Source: an uncultured virus (IMG/VR IMGVR_UViG_3300025398_000930) (Duplodnaviria > Heunggongvirae > Uroviricota > Caudoviricetes). Taken from it: a stretch of 59,388 nt of DNA. Positions 28,736-38,887 of this stretch are shown here, piece by piece. A program made the position numbers and the translations under genes. The notes below the pieces were generated by a model. That model was given only the letters and a program-made list of their open reading frames with translations. It searched no databases and was not told where the DNA came from. Location: the IMG/VR virus record IMGVR_UViG_3300025398_000930; one strand, given 5' to 3'. How positions within the stretch are numbered: position 1 is the first letter of the stretch; every line of letters starts with the position of its first letter.

Positions 28736-29186
28736 GAGAGATATTAAGCAGAGTGGTTTAAACCAAGCCGATCAAAACAAAGCCCTTGAAGCTAATGAGG
28801 CAGTTGAGACAGATCTTACAAAAGGCATGGTAAGACTTGAAGACTATGCAAATAGTGATTTAAATCTTAAAAGCTGGAAACTTACTTCAGTATTAGACGA
28901 CATTCTCTTTTGTCAATTTGCAGATACAAATGATGATGGTACAATGATTCGTAGAGGTGACATCTGGATACCTATTAATGCTGTTAATCAGGCATGGCGT
29001 GTAGCTAAAGTAATTTTAGCAGGACCGCGTGCAAAGGTTAAACCTGGTCAGCATGTTATTTTTCCAAGCACTTTCGGGCTAAAAGCAAGTAACGTTAATA
29101 ACCTAAAAAATATTGTATTTCTCAATGAAGATCGTATTTTTGGTGTAGCGGAACCTGAAGATACATACGATAAGTATGTTAAATGA
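28707..29186 (+). CDS. GroES-like co-chaperonin
   Basis: LDDIL...GDIWIP...AKVILAGP...VKPGQHVIF...FLNEDRIFGV. Confidence 0.7.
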   Translation: MKKSLQHKIERDIKQSGLNQADQNKALEANEAVETDLTKGMVRLEDYANSDLNLKSWKLTSVLDDILFCQFADTNDDGTMIRRGDIWIPINAVNQAWRVAKVILAGPRAKVKPGQHVIFPSTFGLKASNVNNLKNIVFLNEDRIFGVAEPEDTYDKYVK

Positions 29187-29566
29187 GAGTTTCTCAAACA
29201 GCATTAGCAGCCCTACTTTCGAAGAATGCTGTAGAAATTAAATTTGTCAGAAGACGCCCTGTTACTGGCGAGCCTATTACAAGAAGAATGCTTGCTACTA
29301 ATGATACTATTTTGCTAAATAGTTCAGCTGGAAGGACTGCGCTTAACTTTAAACCAGCCACCGGGCATCTTAAATTCAATCCACAGACTAAAGGATTAGT
29401 ACTAACTTGGGATATTTTTATGCAAGATTATAGGTTAGTGCCTGCAGAATCTGCTGATATTGTTAGTGTTATACCTACAACACCACCAGAACAGTTCTGG
29501 AAATATTTCAGTGAGGTATTAAGTAGAATGTCTACAGCCGATAAAGAACGGTTTATGGACAAATAA
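29183..29566 (+). CDS. Hypothetical protein (SH3/WYL-like beta-barrel candidate)
   Basis: VEIKF.RR...RRMLAT...TWD....YR pattern. Confidence 0.45.
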   Translation: MRVSQTALAALLSKNAVEIKFVRRRPVTGEPITRRMLATNDTILLNSSAGRTALNFKPATGHLKFNPQTKGLVLTWDIFMQDYRLVPAESADIVSVIPTTPPEQFWKYFSEVLSRMSTADKERFMDK

Positions 29567-29567
29567 A

Positions 29568-29903
29568 ATGCTTAATAATATCGATAACGACCTTAAAAAT
29601 TACTTTCAAAAAAATATAGTTTTAACCCTTAGAAGTAAGCAATACAAAAAGGGAAAACTTATTAACTTTAAACTTTCTGGATGTTATTTATCTCTTATAA
29701 TGCTTACCGAAAAGAAAAAGGAAACATTTGAAATTCCTTTCCCTTTTAACATAAAAAGAGAACCAAATAAGTTAGTTTTTGATTACACGCTTGAATCCCT
29801 GGCGGAACAAGATTTTGAATTGTTAGTTAATTTGAAAGCTACCAATCAAGTTAAGAAATGTAAATTTTTTAATACGACTCTTACAATTTCGTCATTGAAC
29901 TAA
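29568..29903 (+). CDS. Hypothetical protein
   Basis: ORF 111 aa in a tightly packed operon. Confidence 0.55.
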   Translation: MLNNIDNDLKNYFQKNIVLTLRSKQYKKGKLINFKLSGCYLSLIMLTEKKKETFEIPFPFNIKREPNKLVFDYTLESLAEQDFELLVNLKATNQVKKCKFFNTTLTISSLN

Positions 29904-29922
29904 TTTAAATAGGGTCTATTAT
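29895..29922 (+). promoter_or_regulatory. Sigma70-like promoter for the DinG-like helicase gene
   Basis: TTGAAC-N16-TATTAT, 6 nt before ATG. Confidence 0.55.
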
Positions 29923-29928
29923 TATTAA

Positions 29929-31536
29929 ATGGACCTTATTAAACCTTTGTTAGATTATTTTCCTGCGGGATATAACCCGAGGCCTCATCAAATAAAAGGC
30001 CTACAGGATATTGAGACAGCTATAAAGAAAGGAAAGAAGTTTATTATAGTACAGGCTCCTACTGGTTCAGGTAAATCATTTATAAGCAAGACACTTGCCA
30101 ATGCAACAGATGAATGTGATACTGAATTTAAGAACTTAGTGTTTAATTACCATGCTTATGATGAAGACTATATTGATGTGATGGCTCGGTTTCCGGTGCA
30201 CGGTTTATTTGCTTTAACCACTACCAAAGCACTACAAAATCAGTATAAAGAGCTATTTAACGAGTCGTCTATATTTAAAGGTAAGAGTAATTATCAGTGT
30301 GATGTGGATGAGAGCTTCACTGTAGACTTTGCACCGTGTGTAATTGCACAAAAGATGAGAAAAGAGTGTTGGGAAGAACATAGATGTCCATATTATGAAT
30401 CTCGTAATAGTGCTTTAATAGAAAAGTTTACAGTATTAAATTACGCTTCTTTTTTTAATCTACCCAATCATTTAAAACATAGACAAGTTATAGTAGCAGA
30501 CGAGTGTTCTGAGTTAGAAGACGAAATTGTAAAGAACTTCTCTACAGTTATTGATTATCGTAGATTAACACAGAGTGATATAGAGTTTAGTAAACTAACT
30601 ACAGATAACCCAAACAAAGCACTTGGTTGGTTAACAGATTTAGCTTCTTCTATAAAAGAAGGTATTGATTCTAAAGCTAATCGTTCTCGCTACGATAATA
30701 ACAAAATGGAGCTCATACAACAGCAGTTCAGAAAAGATCTGTATGAATCTATTATTAATACTATTGATCATTGGGAAGATACACAATACATTATCGAAAA
30801 AGATGCTGAGAAAGCTATTTTTACCCCTCTAAAGATTGATAAGCTTAGTGGCTGTTTGTTTAATTATGCTGAAACCGTAATCTTAATGAGCGCAACTATT
30901 GTAGATAAAAACATATTTGCAAAGACATTAGGTATTACTGATTTTGAATATGTAGAGATTGAATCTACATTTGACCCTAAAAAGAGCCCTATTTATTGTC
31001 ATACCAAGTTCCCGTTGAATCATAAGTTAATGGAAAAGAACTTACCACCTGTATTAGATATAGCTCATACATTAGCTGATAGCCATAAAGGTGAGAAAGG
31101 TATTGTTCATACGCATTCATTTGCTATTACTCAAGCTGTACAAAGAAAACTTAAAGGTAAAAGGTACCTATGTAGAGAAGAGGGTACAACCAATGAAGAC
31201 ATTATTAAAGAACATATGTTAAGACCGGATGATACGGTTTTAGTTAGTCCTTCATTAACTATGGGGTTAGATCTTAAAGGGGATTTGGGTAAGTGGCAGA
31301 TTATTATAAAACTACCTTATCCCTCTTTAGGTGGTAAGAGAATTAAAAAGCTCTTTGAAGAAGATCCAGGTTGGTACAAAATGCGCATGTTTATCGCTTT
31401 AATACAAGCCTGTGGTAGATGTACCAGAAGTGTAGAAGATGAAAGCGTAACTTACATATTAGACGGTTTATCCGCTAAAACTATAATAGATAATAAGAAG
31501 ATCTTACCCAAACACTTCTTAGATCGTATTGTATAA
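29929..31536 (+). CDS. DinG/Rad3-like SF2 helicase
   Basis: PRPHQ, APTGSGKS, Cys cluster (C..., CWEEHRCPY), DECS, MSAT, GLDL, KLPYP, QACGRCTR. Confidence 0.88.
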   Translation: MDLIKPLLDYFPAGYNPRPHQIKGLQDIETAIKKGKKFIIVQAPTGSGKSFISKTLANATDECDTEFKNLVFNYHAYDEDYIDVMARFPVHGLFALTTTKALQNQYKELFNESSIFKGKSNYQCDVDESFTVDFAPCVIAQKMRKECWEEHRCPYYESRNSALIEKFTVLNYASFFNLPNHLKHRQVIVADECSELEDEIVKNFSTVIDYRRLTQSDIEFSKLTTDNPNKALGWLTDLASSIKEGIDSKANRSRYDNNKMELIQQQFRKDLYESIINTIDHWEDTQYIIEKDAEKAIFTPLKIDKLSGCLFNYAETVILMSATIVDKNIFAKTLGITDFEYVEIESTFDPKKSPIYCHTKFPLNHKLMEKNLPPVLDIAHTLADSHKGEKGIVHTHSFAITQAVQRKLKGKRYLCREEGTTNEDIIKEHMLRPDDTVLVSPSLTMGLDLKGDLGKWQIIIKLPYPSLGGKRIKKLFEEDPGWYKMRMFIALIQACGRCTRSVEDESVTYILDGLSAKTIIDNKKILPKHFLDRIV

Positions 31537-31544
31537 GTATATAA

Positions 31545-32660
31545 GTGCAGAATTATACATATCATTGGGAGGTAAGGGATTTATTAACGCAATTTCTCCA
31601 GGCATTTGACGGAGCGATAGTAAAGCGTTATGATAACAATGGTAAAGTGGGTAACAACGTAGCTGTTCGTTATGTATATGCACCTAAGCAGAGAGTGTTG
31701 TTTGACTTAATAGATAAAGCTCAAAACTTTACTCTACCGGCTGTTGCGTTTTGGATATCTAATATTTCCAGGGATCAGAATCGAGTATTTAATAAAATAT
31801 ACGGTCAATTTAATTTAAACCCTAACACGGGTGGTGTTTCTACTTCTAACCAAAACCTTCAACCGGTACCGGTTAATATTGAGGTTAATGTTAGTATTAT
31901 GACTCGTTTTCAAAACGACATGGATCAGATTTTAAGTAATTTTGTTCCATATAGTGATCCTTATTTTATTATTTCGTGGCAAAGAGAAGGTATGACTGGT
32001 ATTGAGATTCGTTCAGATGTACTTTGGAATGGTACTCTTAATATGACGTACCCAACCGATCAAAACGCTTCACAACCAACCCGGGTTACATGCGACACAT
32101 CATTTACGATTAAAGGATGGTTGTTTAAAGCAGACGCCAACACAAAGGGTAGAATATTTAAAATAGATACTAACTTTAATCCTGTATCAGCAGTACCTTT
32201 ATTAGAAAACTACGAATCTTTAGTTAACCCTGAATATACAGAATCGTTTGTTGTGTCTGCTGTACCACAATTACCATACGTTAGTAGATGGATCACACAT
32301 CAAGGCTTATCTGGTAATATAGGCATACACGGTAACATGCTATCTCACACTAATAGTATATTTTTAAGCGCAAATACACACACTATGTTTGGTAACGGTA
32401 CAACATTTACACCATTTGTGTCTACAGATATGTTATCTCTTTCTTACCCCACACTTACAGGGGTTGTACCTATTACAGACTACATACCTTTAAATGATAA
32501 TTTTATCTCATTAAATTACCCCGCTCCTTCTGCAACAGGTTATTTTGATATAATTATTGCAAACGATGCTGGCTACACATTCCTATCTAATAGTGCATAT
32601 AATATTCACTATTCAACTCAATACCCTTATATTTCAGGTATACAAGTAGTTAATACTTAA
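31545..32660 (+). CDS. gp15: Tail sheath stabiliser/tail terminator (gp15-like) with a C-terminal extension
   Basis: VRYVYAPKQR, LPAVA, PVPVNI..NVSI.TR...DMDQI...F.PY, FTIKGWLF. Confidence 0.75.
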   Translation: MQNYTYHWEVRDLLTQFLQAFDGAIVKRYDNNGKVGNNVAVRYVYAPKQRVLFDLIDKAQNFTLPAVAFWISNISRDQNRVFNKIYGQFNLNPNTGGVSTSNQNLQPVPVNIEVNVSIMTRFQNDMDQILSNFVPYSDPYFIISWQREGMTGIEIRSDVLWNGTLNMTYPTDQNASQPTRVTCDTSFTIKGWLFKADANTKGRIFKIDTNFNPVSAVPLLENYESLVNPEYTESFVVSAVPQLPYVSRWITHQGLSGNIGIHGNMLSHTNSIFLSANTHTMFGNGTTFTPFVSTDMLSLSYPTLTGVVPITDYIPLNDNFISLNYPAPSATGYFDIIIANDAGYTFLSNSAYNIHYSTQYPYISGIQVVNT

Positions 32661-32815
32661 TAACAGGTACGTCGACTTGGCCAAACATGGGCGGTTATGT
32701 TGCTACAAGCTTTAATACAGACCATACTGCTGCATCTGCGACAGCTCCTTTTACGGCTTATAGTTCTACTTTACCATTTTTCCAAATACTCGGTACAACA
32801 ACAAAGCAGTGGTAA
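32654..32815 (+). pseudogene. Open frame resembling the 3' remnant of a structural gene (or a 42-aa ORF from ATG 32687)
   Basis: YLITGTSTWPNMGGYVATSFNTDHTAASATAPFTAYSSTLPFFQILGTTTKQW*; codon style matches the neighbouring virion genes. Confidence 0.35.
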
Positions 32816-32849
32816 TTTAACAAATCCAGTATATAATAACGTTTAACAG

Positions 32850-32857
32850 TGTAAATA
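32850..32857 (+). promoter_or_regulatory. Late promoter-like motif for the portal gene
   Basis: TGTAAATA, 6 nt before ATG. Confidence 0.5.
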
Positions 32858-32863
32858 TTAACA

Positions 32864-34675
32864 ATGGCTGACAACGTACAACCCAATTTCTTTACAAGGT
32901 CATTTAACAACCTTGTTAATAGGTTACCGTATACAGGTAATAATCAAGTAATTAACAACGTAAAGGAATTAAACCCTAAGTTTGAAGATTTCTATAAGAT
33001 AGGTAGTTCTGCTAAAGAAAAAGTATACAAACAGGCAGTATCTACCGCACAAGATAATCCAATGATTCCTTCTTTAGAGGGAGTTGTCATTAATAAAGCA
33101 TATCATGATTACCTTTATGCGTTAGTAGATACAGATAAACCAAAGCGTATTGCTGATTATCGTGTTATGGCTTCTTATGCAGAAATTAGTCATGCACTGG
33201 ATGAAATTTCAGATGAATTTTTAGTAAAAGATGAAAAAGGAAAGTACATAAACTTAAAAGTGTCTGAAGGTAAAGACGAAGTCATTGTTAAAGAACTACA
33301 AAAGAACTTTCACAGTTTAATTGAACAGTTTAATTTAGAGAATAAAGGCTTCGAGTACATTAGAGCAATTCTTATTGATGCTGAGTTGTTTTTTGAAAAC
33401 GTAATTAACGAGAACAAAAAAGACGCTGGTATTATTGGTGTTGTTCAAATACCTACAGAATATATTAACCCTATATACGATAACATTCAAAATATGTTAA
33501 TTAAAGGGTTCTTATTGCGTAAACCTAAAATCGATATAGATACAAACAATAGATACACAACAAAACAAGAATTAATACCTTTAGAGCGTCACCAGGTTAC
33601 GTATTTTCATTCTCATGTATGGAACGAACACAAAACGATTCGTTTACCATATCTTGAAGTGGCACGTAGAGCATATAAACAATTAAGCTTAATTGAAGAT
33701 AGTATTGTTGTTTATCGTTTAGTTAGAGCACCAGAGCGTTTAGTATTTAAAGTAGACGTTGGTAATATGCCTGGACCTAAAGCAGAAGCGTATATGAAGC
33801 GCTTAATGCAAAATTACTGGTCTCGTAGAACATACGACAACGATCAAGGTGCAAATGTTAATGTGTATGATCCACAATCCATGTTAGATAGCTATTGGTT
33901 TGCAAAAAGACCAGATGGAAGTGGTACAGATGTTACACAACTACAAGGTGGTGCAAACTTAGGTCAATTAGATGATTTAAATTACTTTGTTAAGAAGTTA
34001 TATAAAGCCTTACGTGTACCAACAAGTCGTTTAGATCCAGAAGCTAAGTTTGCTGATGGTACTGAAATTTTAAGAGAAGAACTTAAGTTCGCTTTACTTA
34101 TTATACGTTTTCAACGTCAATTTGCTTCTACATTAAAAGAAACGTTTATATCGCATTTAAAGTTAAAAGGTTTGTGGGATCAGTACAAGCTTAAAGATCA
34201 CGATATTAACGTTGCATTTAACCCGCCTACGTATTTCCATGCTGCAAGAGAAGCTCAAATACATGAGCTAAAGTTTAAGACATTAAGCGATATTATTCAA
34301 ACAGAAGCTGTATCAAAATCATATGCTTTAAAGAAGTATATGAACTGGACAGACGAAGACTTAAAGGTTAATAGAGAGTGGCAAAAGAAAGATGCTGCCT
34401 TTACGTTTGAATTAACTCAAATCACTAATGCTGGTACTAACTGGCGTCAAGGTATTACCGGTGGTGGTGCAGCAGGTAGTGAAGGTGGCGGTGGCGGTGG
34501 GAGCGGCGGTGGCACACCTCCAGCATTTGGTCCTGGACCGGGTGGTGGTGGAAGCGCATTACCACCTCAAGGTGGTGAAGCACCAGCGGGCGGTGAAGCA
34601 CCAGCAGGTGGAGAGGCTCCAGCAGGACCTGAAGCAGCGGGCGGGGCACCAAGCGCACTTCCAGGCGCTCAATAA
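32864..34675 (+). CDS. gp20: Portal protein (gp20-like)
   Basis: YRVMASYAEI..ALDEI, QLSLIEDSIVVYRLVRAPERLVFKVDVGNMP..KAE, SMLDSYWF, LYKALRVP.SRL, EILREELKF; Gly/Pro-rich tail. Confidence 0.95.
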   Translation: MADNVQPNFFTRSFNNLVNRLPYTGNNQVINNVKELNPKFEDFYKIGSSAKEKVYKQAVSTAQDNPMIPSLEGVVINKAYHDYLYALVDTDKPKRIADYRVMASYAEISHALDEISDEFLVKDEKGKYINLKVSEGKDEVIVKELQKNFHSLIEQFNLENKGFEYIRAILIDAELFFENVINENKKDAGIIGVVQIPTEYINPIYDNIQNMLIKGFLLRKPKIDIDTNNRYTTKQELIPLERHQVTYFHSHVWNEHKTIRLPYLEVARRAYKQLSLIEDSIVVYRLVRAPERLVFKVDVGNMPGPKAEAYMKRLMQNYWSRRTYDNDQGANVNVYDPQSMLDSYWFAKRPDGSGTDVTQLQGGANLGQLDDLNYFVKKLYKALRVPTSRLDPEAKFADGTEILREELKFALLIIRFQRQFASTLKETFISHLKLKGLWDQYKLKDHDINVAFNPPTYFHAAREAQIHELKFKTLSDIIQTEAVSKSYALKKYMNWTDEDLKVNREWQKKDAAFTFELTQITNAGTNWRQGITGGGAAGSEGGGGGGSGGGTPPAFGPGPGGGGSALPPQGGEAPAGGEAPAGGEAPAGPEAAGGAPSALPGAQ

Positions 34676-35563
34676 CTACCCCATAAAAAATCCGGGGGGT
34701 TCTTGATCCTCTTGACGTGTGTTCATTAACTGATCTTCAAGGTCTTTCTTTTCAGTAACACCTTGTGTCATTAACGTATCATATTGTAGTGTACCACTAC
34801 CAAATAATTGTGTACCGCTGAATTTACCACGCGTATTAGCGATATTAATCTTTATAAGTGCTTTAGCATACTCCATTACCCAGCGCTCTTTAACAAGATC
34901 TTTAATAGGTCTTTCTACTCTACAACTAACTGTAGCCCAATACCGATCAGTATTAGCTGCTACTACTGGATCTGGTGTAATACGTAAAACTTGAGTACGT
35001 GGATCAAATCTAAAATAAGGTTGTTGTGCAAACACCTTTTCACGAGTCTTTAACCAGTCTTTTAAGATGTGCCACGAAATAACGTCAAACGCCTTACTAC
35101 CTAAACTATAAGCAAAGTGCATTTGTTGTGCCATTGATTGTTCAATAGTAAACAGTGTGTTAACACCGTTATTAGTACCAACAGTAAATGAAGTAACATC
35201 GATTACTTTTCTGTAATCGTTTAAATCGACATCCCAACCAGATTGAAATGTAGAACTCAAGGCAGATACTTCTGGGTTTAAAGTATTATTAATAAGTGTG
35301 TCCATTCTTATACCCTGACCGCCTGTATAGAGATTGCTATCAAATACGATTAGTTCTTCCGTACCTGGAGTAAACTTTGTATACATTTCAATAGCATATG
35401 CAATCATGTCATATGCTGCCACGCACGCAATTTCAAGGTTAATTACAGGTGCACCGAGTTGAAAGAAGATACGCTCTGCAAGCATATCATAGCTTTTAAT
35501 TCTACTATTTAAATTAGTAGATAGAAAGTCTGCAGGACCTACAGTGCTGGAAGGATTAGCCAT
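34676..35563 (-). CDS. gp13: Neck protein (gp13-like)
   Basis: LGAPVINLEI, RWVMEYAKALIK......RGKFSGTQL.G.G, ending PPGFFMG. Confidence 0.8.
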   Translation of the reverse strand: MANPSSTVGPADFLSTNLNSRIKSYDMLAERIFFQLGAPVINLEIACVAAYDMIAYAIEMYTKFTPGTEELIVFDSNLYTGGQGIRMDTLINNTLNPEVSALSSTFQSGWDVDLNDYRKVIDVTSFTVGTNNGVNTLFTIEQSMAQQMHFAYSLGSKAFDVISWHILKDWLKTREKVFAQQPYFRFDPRTQVLRITPDPVVAANTDRYWATVSCRVERPIKDLVKERWVMEYAKALIKINIANTRGKFSGTQLFGSGTLQYDTLMTQGVTEKKDLEDQLMNTRQEDQEPPGFFMG

Positions 35564-35574
35564 ATCGCTAATAC

Positions 35575-36048
35575 TTACTTAGCATCTAATAATTTTAATA
35601 AGGTGTCCATTACTTCTTGAGCACTAACAAATGCATCTTGAATATAATCACATTGTTCCCACAACCAAAATTGCTTTTCTCTTAGATAACGCTCACTCTT
35701 TAACATATTAAGGTTACGGGTATATCCAAAGATTTTAGGGTCTGATTGACTGAATATAACAATACCTCGTTTGAGTTTATAATATGCACATAGATGTTGT
35801 AAGAAACTATCTACAGATATCCAAGTATCACTCTCATTAACAAGGTCTTTTATTTGAGTTAGAGACAAGTTTTGCCTAAAATCTGTTACTCCCTCTACTA
35901 CTACATCTTTGGAAGAGCCTATTTGAACAACCTTGATACCAGCATTATTCATTAACGCTACTAATTCTTTCCAATATGGAAAGTTCTTAGGGTTTGTATT
36001 GCCGTTGCGTAAAGCTTGGGCGTATGGACTTATTAGTACTTGTTTCAT
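35575..36048 (-). CDS. GT9 (heptosyltransferase-like) C-terminal domain
   Basis: LISPYA...KNFPYWKELV...VVQIG...DFR..LSL.....L....WISVDSFLQHL. Confidence 0.7.
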   Translation of the reverse strand: MKQVLISPYAQALRNGNTNPKNFPYWKELVALMNNAGIKVVQIGSSKDVVVEGVTDFRQNLSLTQIKDLVNESDTWISVDSFLQHLCAYYKLKRGIVIFSQSDPKIFGYTRNLNMLKSERYLREKQFWLWEQCDYIQDAFVSAQEVMDTLLKLLDAK

Positions 36049-37094
36049 GTTGCGTATGCTACTTTATAGGCTTCTGTTAAAGATTTTTTCCAATTCATGT
36101 GATCCATCCAAGCATATATATTATACTCTTCTACTTTTACAAATGCTGCACAGTCCGCTAAGCTTATTACTTCAATACCTTCTTCCCCCTCAAAAACAGC
36201 AGGGTAACAAGCACCTATAACAAGTTTTGCGTGTTTGTGTTTTTCTTTTATAGCAGGTAATGCGCTTCTAAAAGCATAGTGATCACCAATACCGCTATCT
36301 AATGGAATAACCTTAACAGGTTTAGTTTTTATATTCCATTTTTTAATATATTCTATGAATATATTTTCATCATCTTGAAACTGTTTAATTTGATTATCAC
36401 TTCTAATACCGCCAGCCCCATAACGCATGTGCCAGGTCTTAACCCTGGTCAATACTACTAATCTCCATCCTGCTCTTTTCATTTCATACGTGAAGATTGT
36501 TTCTTCTCTATGACCTACTTTAGATAGTCTTAAATCGTAGCCGTGTTTGCCTGCTTCTCTACGGAACAAAAATGTACTACCCTGTAAATGGTCTACATCT
36601 ATATAGGAATGGGTGTTTGTATCACGCCACTGTATATTCATACCTAAAAATATGTCTTCTATTTTATTAGAAGCTAATTTATGACCGATATCTGCTTTAG
36701 GGTCTAATATAAGCGGTCCTACCGCGCCAATCTTATCATCTGATTGTATATAATTAAACAAATCTGATAATGTGTTTGTTTCCATTACATTATCATCATC
36801 TAAACGCCATATATACTCTGAGGTAACATCAGTTAGTGCTTGCTGGTGATTCCATATTTGACCTTTACGTGCACCAGGCTTAACTTCCCAAACCATGCCC
36901 ACTCTATTCATAAGAGTGAACAGATTTCTATATATTTCATTATTTCTTAAATCTTCCATTACGTCATTATCATCATATATGATGAGACGGTAAGGTTTAA
37001 GTGTTTGATTAGCTAACGACGTTAGCACTAATGGTAGTGTTGTATTGAACCTACCTTTAGTAGAAACTGTTGCTGTTACTTTATCTGTTATCAT
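36045..37094 (-). CDS. GT2 glycosyltransferase fused to a GT9-like N-terminal domain
   Basis: IIYDD, WRLDDD, GHREET in the GT2 part; C-terminal LDSGIGDH....ALPAIKEKH..AKLVI. Confidence 0.7.
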   Translation of the reverse strand: MITDKVTATVSTKGRFNTTLPLVLTSLANQTLKPYRLIIYDDNDVMEDLRNNEIYRNLFTLMNRVGMVWEVKPGARKGQIWNHQQALTDVTSEYIWRLDDDNVMETNTLSDLFNYIQSDDKIGAVGPLILDPKADIGHKLASNKIEDIFLGMNIQWRDTNTHSYIDVDHLQGSTFLFRREAGKHGYDLRLSKVGHREETIFTYEMKRAGWRLVVLTRVKTWHMRYGAGGIRSDNQIKQFQDDENIFIEYIKKWNIKTKPVKVIPLDSGIGDHYAFRSALPAIKEKHKHAKLVIGACYPAVFEGEEGIEVISLADCAAFVKVEEYNIYAWMDHMNWKKSLTEAYKVAYAT

Positions 37095-38167
37095 AAAAGT
37101 GGTCTATGTGCTTGTATTAATAATTGATCAGTACCTTCTTTTTGTGTACCGGTTATCGAAAACCCGCTACCTATAAATGCTTGACATACTACCGCCGCGT
37201 TAATGTGTTTTATTAGTGCTACTACTCTTCCACCTTTACGTAAAACTCTATACCACTCATTTGTATAATTAGGTAATAAAGTTAAGGGTATATCTTCAAA
37301 TGAATCTATAAGAGCTATTTCTTCAATTGTATTTCTATCAAAAGGTAACGCACTCCAATCCCCTATAATATCACTACTTGGTGCTGTTTTATGTACTTTA
37401 ATAAAACTACTTAATAAGTTAGGATCGTTGCGTGAGGTTAAATGTAATCTTGCAAGTGGATTATACTTCTTCAAATTGATTAAACTATTGCGTTTAAAAA
37501 CAACACTACTATAATTCTCTACATTTTCAAACGTGCCTTCTGCATAGTGATAAATCGGAAAATTACCTGCTACTATTTTATTATCTTTTCTTTCTAAATT
37601 CGTATTGTATGGTACAACTTGTATCTTTAGCCCTTGTTGTTTTGCTCTAATACAGTAATCAATATCTTCTCCGCTACCCGGTGAGTATACTTCATCTAAT
37701 ATACCAACACTATTAATAACACGTCTTGGTATCATAGCACAGAAGAATATAATAAACTTTTGATTAGTAATTTTATCATCTTGCCACAAAGGCCCGGTAA
37801 CGCCCATTTGCGGGTCATCAATAAATGGTTGTTCAAGCATTTCCAACCACTGATTAACGTTTTGCTCTAAAAGTACGGTATCGTTGTTTAATAATACTAC
37901 ATACTCTCCTACAGAAGCCTTAATACCTATATTAGTAGCTTTAGTGTATCCTAATCCCTCTTTCTCATCAATAAGCTTAATACTTGGATATGTAATTGAT
38001 AGCTCCTTTACATATGATGCTGTATTATCCACACAACCGTTAGCTACAACAATAACTTCAGTGTTATTTAAATCCGTATACTTAATAATACTTTGTAAAC
38101 ACGGTTTAAGAAAGTCATCCAAATGGTTGTAAGTTGGAATGACTACACTATATTTGGGAGAAACCAT
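37091..38167 (-). CDS. GT2 glycosyltransferase with a degenerate methyltransferase-like C-terminus
   Basis: SVVIPTYN, LLNND, LDEVYSPGSGEDIDYC; C-terminal LPFDRNT...EWYRVLRKGG. Confidence 0.8.
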   Translation of the reverse strand: MVSPKYSVVIPTYNHLDDFLKPCLQSIIKYTDLNNTEVIVVANGCVDNTASYVKELSITYPSIKLIDEKEGLGYTKATNIGIKASVGEYVVLLNNDTVLLEQNVNQWLEMLEQPFIDDPQMGVTGPLWQDDKITNQKFIIFFCAMIPRRVINSVGILDEVYSPGSGEDIDYCIRAKQQGLKIQVVPYNTNLERKDNKIVAGNFPIYHYAEGTFENVENYSSVVFKRNSLINLKKYNPLARLHLTSRNDPNLLSSFIKVHKTAPSSDIIGDWSALPFDRNTIEEIALIDSFEDIPLTLLPNYTNEWYRVLRKGGRVVALIKHINAAVVCQAFIGSGFSITGTQKEGTDQLLIQAHRPLL

Positions 38168-38172
38168 GCTTT

Positions 38173-38200
38173 ATATTATGATAGTCCATAGAAAAAGCAA
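38173..38200 (-). promoter_or_regulatory. Sigma70-like promoter for the GT2/GT9 operon
   Basis: TTGCTT-N16-TAATAT, 5 nt before ATG. Confidence 0.55.
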
Positions 38201-38226
38201 GGAGTTACATAAATAATATAAGCAAC

Positions 38227-38886
38227 ATGTTACTTAAGTTAATAACTCAAAATCCAATTACGGAAGGTCTTGATTACCTTATTGAAGAAGGTAACAAAGA
38301 TAAGCCATCGACAATGTACATTGCAGGCACCTATATGGTAGCTGGCGAAAAGAACCGTAACAATCGTATTTACGATATTGACGAGATGACGAAGGAGGTA
38401 GAGCGCTACAATCAAGAATTTGTTAAAGCTAACCGCGCTATGGGCGAGCTTGAGCACCCACAAAGTGCTACTGTTAATAGTGAACGTGCTTGCCATCTTA
38501 TCACTGAATTGCGCATGGATGGTAATATTTGCCGTGGTAAGAGCAAAGTACTAAGCACTCCATTGGGTGAAATTTTAAAGAGTTTAATTAGAGACGGTGT
38601 TAAAGTTGGTGTTTCTTCCAGAGCGCTTGGCGAACTTGAAGAAAGGGCTGGTGTTAACCATGTTAAGAACATGAAGCTTATCACTGTTGACGTAGTTGCC
38701 GATCCATCCGCTCCAGGAGCATTTGTTGATGGTATTTTAGAGTCAAAGTCTTTTATAGCCAAAGGTAACAACTTTTATGAAGAAGTATATGACACTTTTG
38801 AAGGTAAACTCAAATCATTACCTAAAAAGGATGTTGATCTTTATTTAAGAGAGCAGATCATACACTTTATCAATTCAATTAAATAA
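38227..38886 (+). CDS. gp21: Prohead core protease (gp21-like)
   Basis: NRNNRIY, AMGELEHP, GVSSRALG, DVVADPSAPGAFV. Confidence 0.95.
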   Translation: MLLKLITQNPITEGLDYLIEEGNKDKPSTMYIAGTYMVAGEKNRNNRIYDIDEMTKEVERYNQEFVKANRAMGELEHPQSATVNSERACHLITELRMDGNICRGKSKVLSTPLGEILKSLIRDGVKVGVSSRALGELEERAGVNHVKNMKLITVDVVADPSAPGAFVDGILESKSFIAKGNNFYEEVYDTFEGKLKSLPKKDVDLYLREQIIHFINSIK

Positions 38887-38887
38887 T

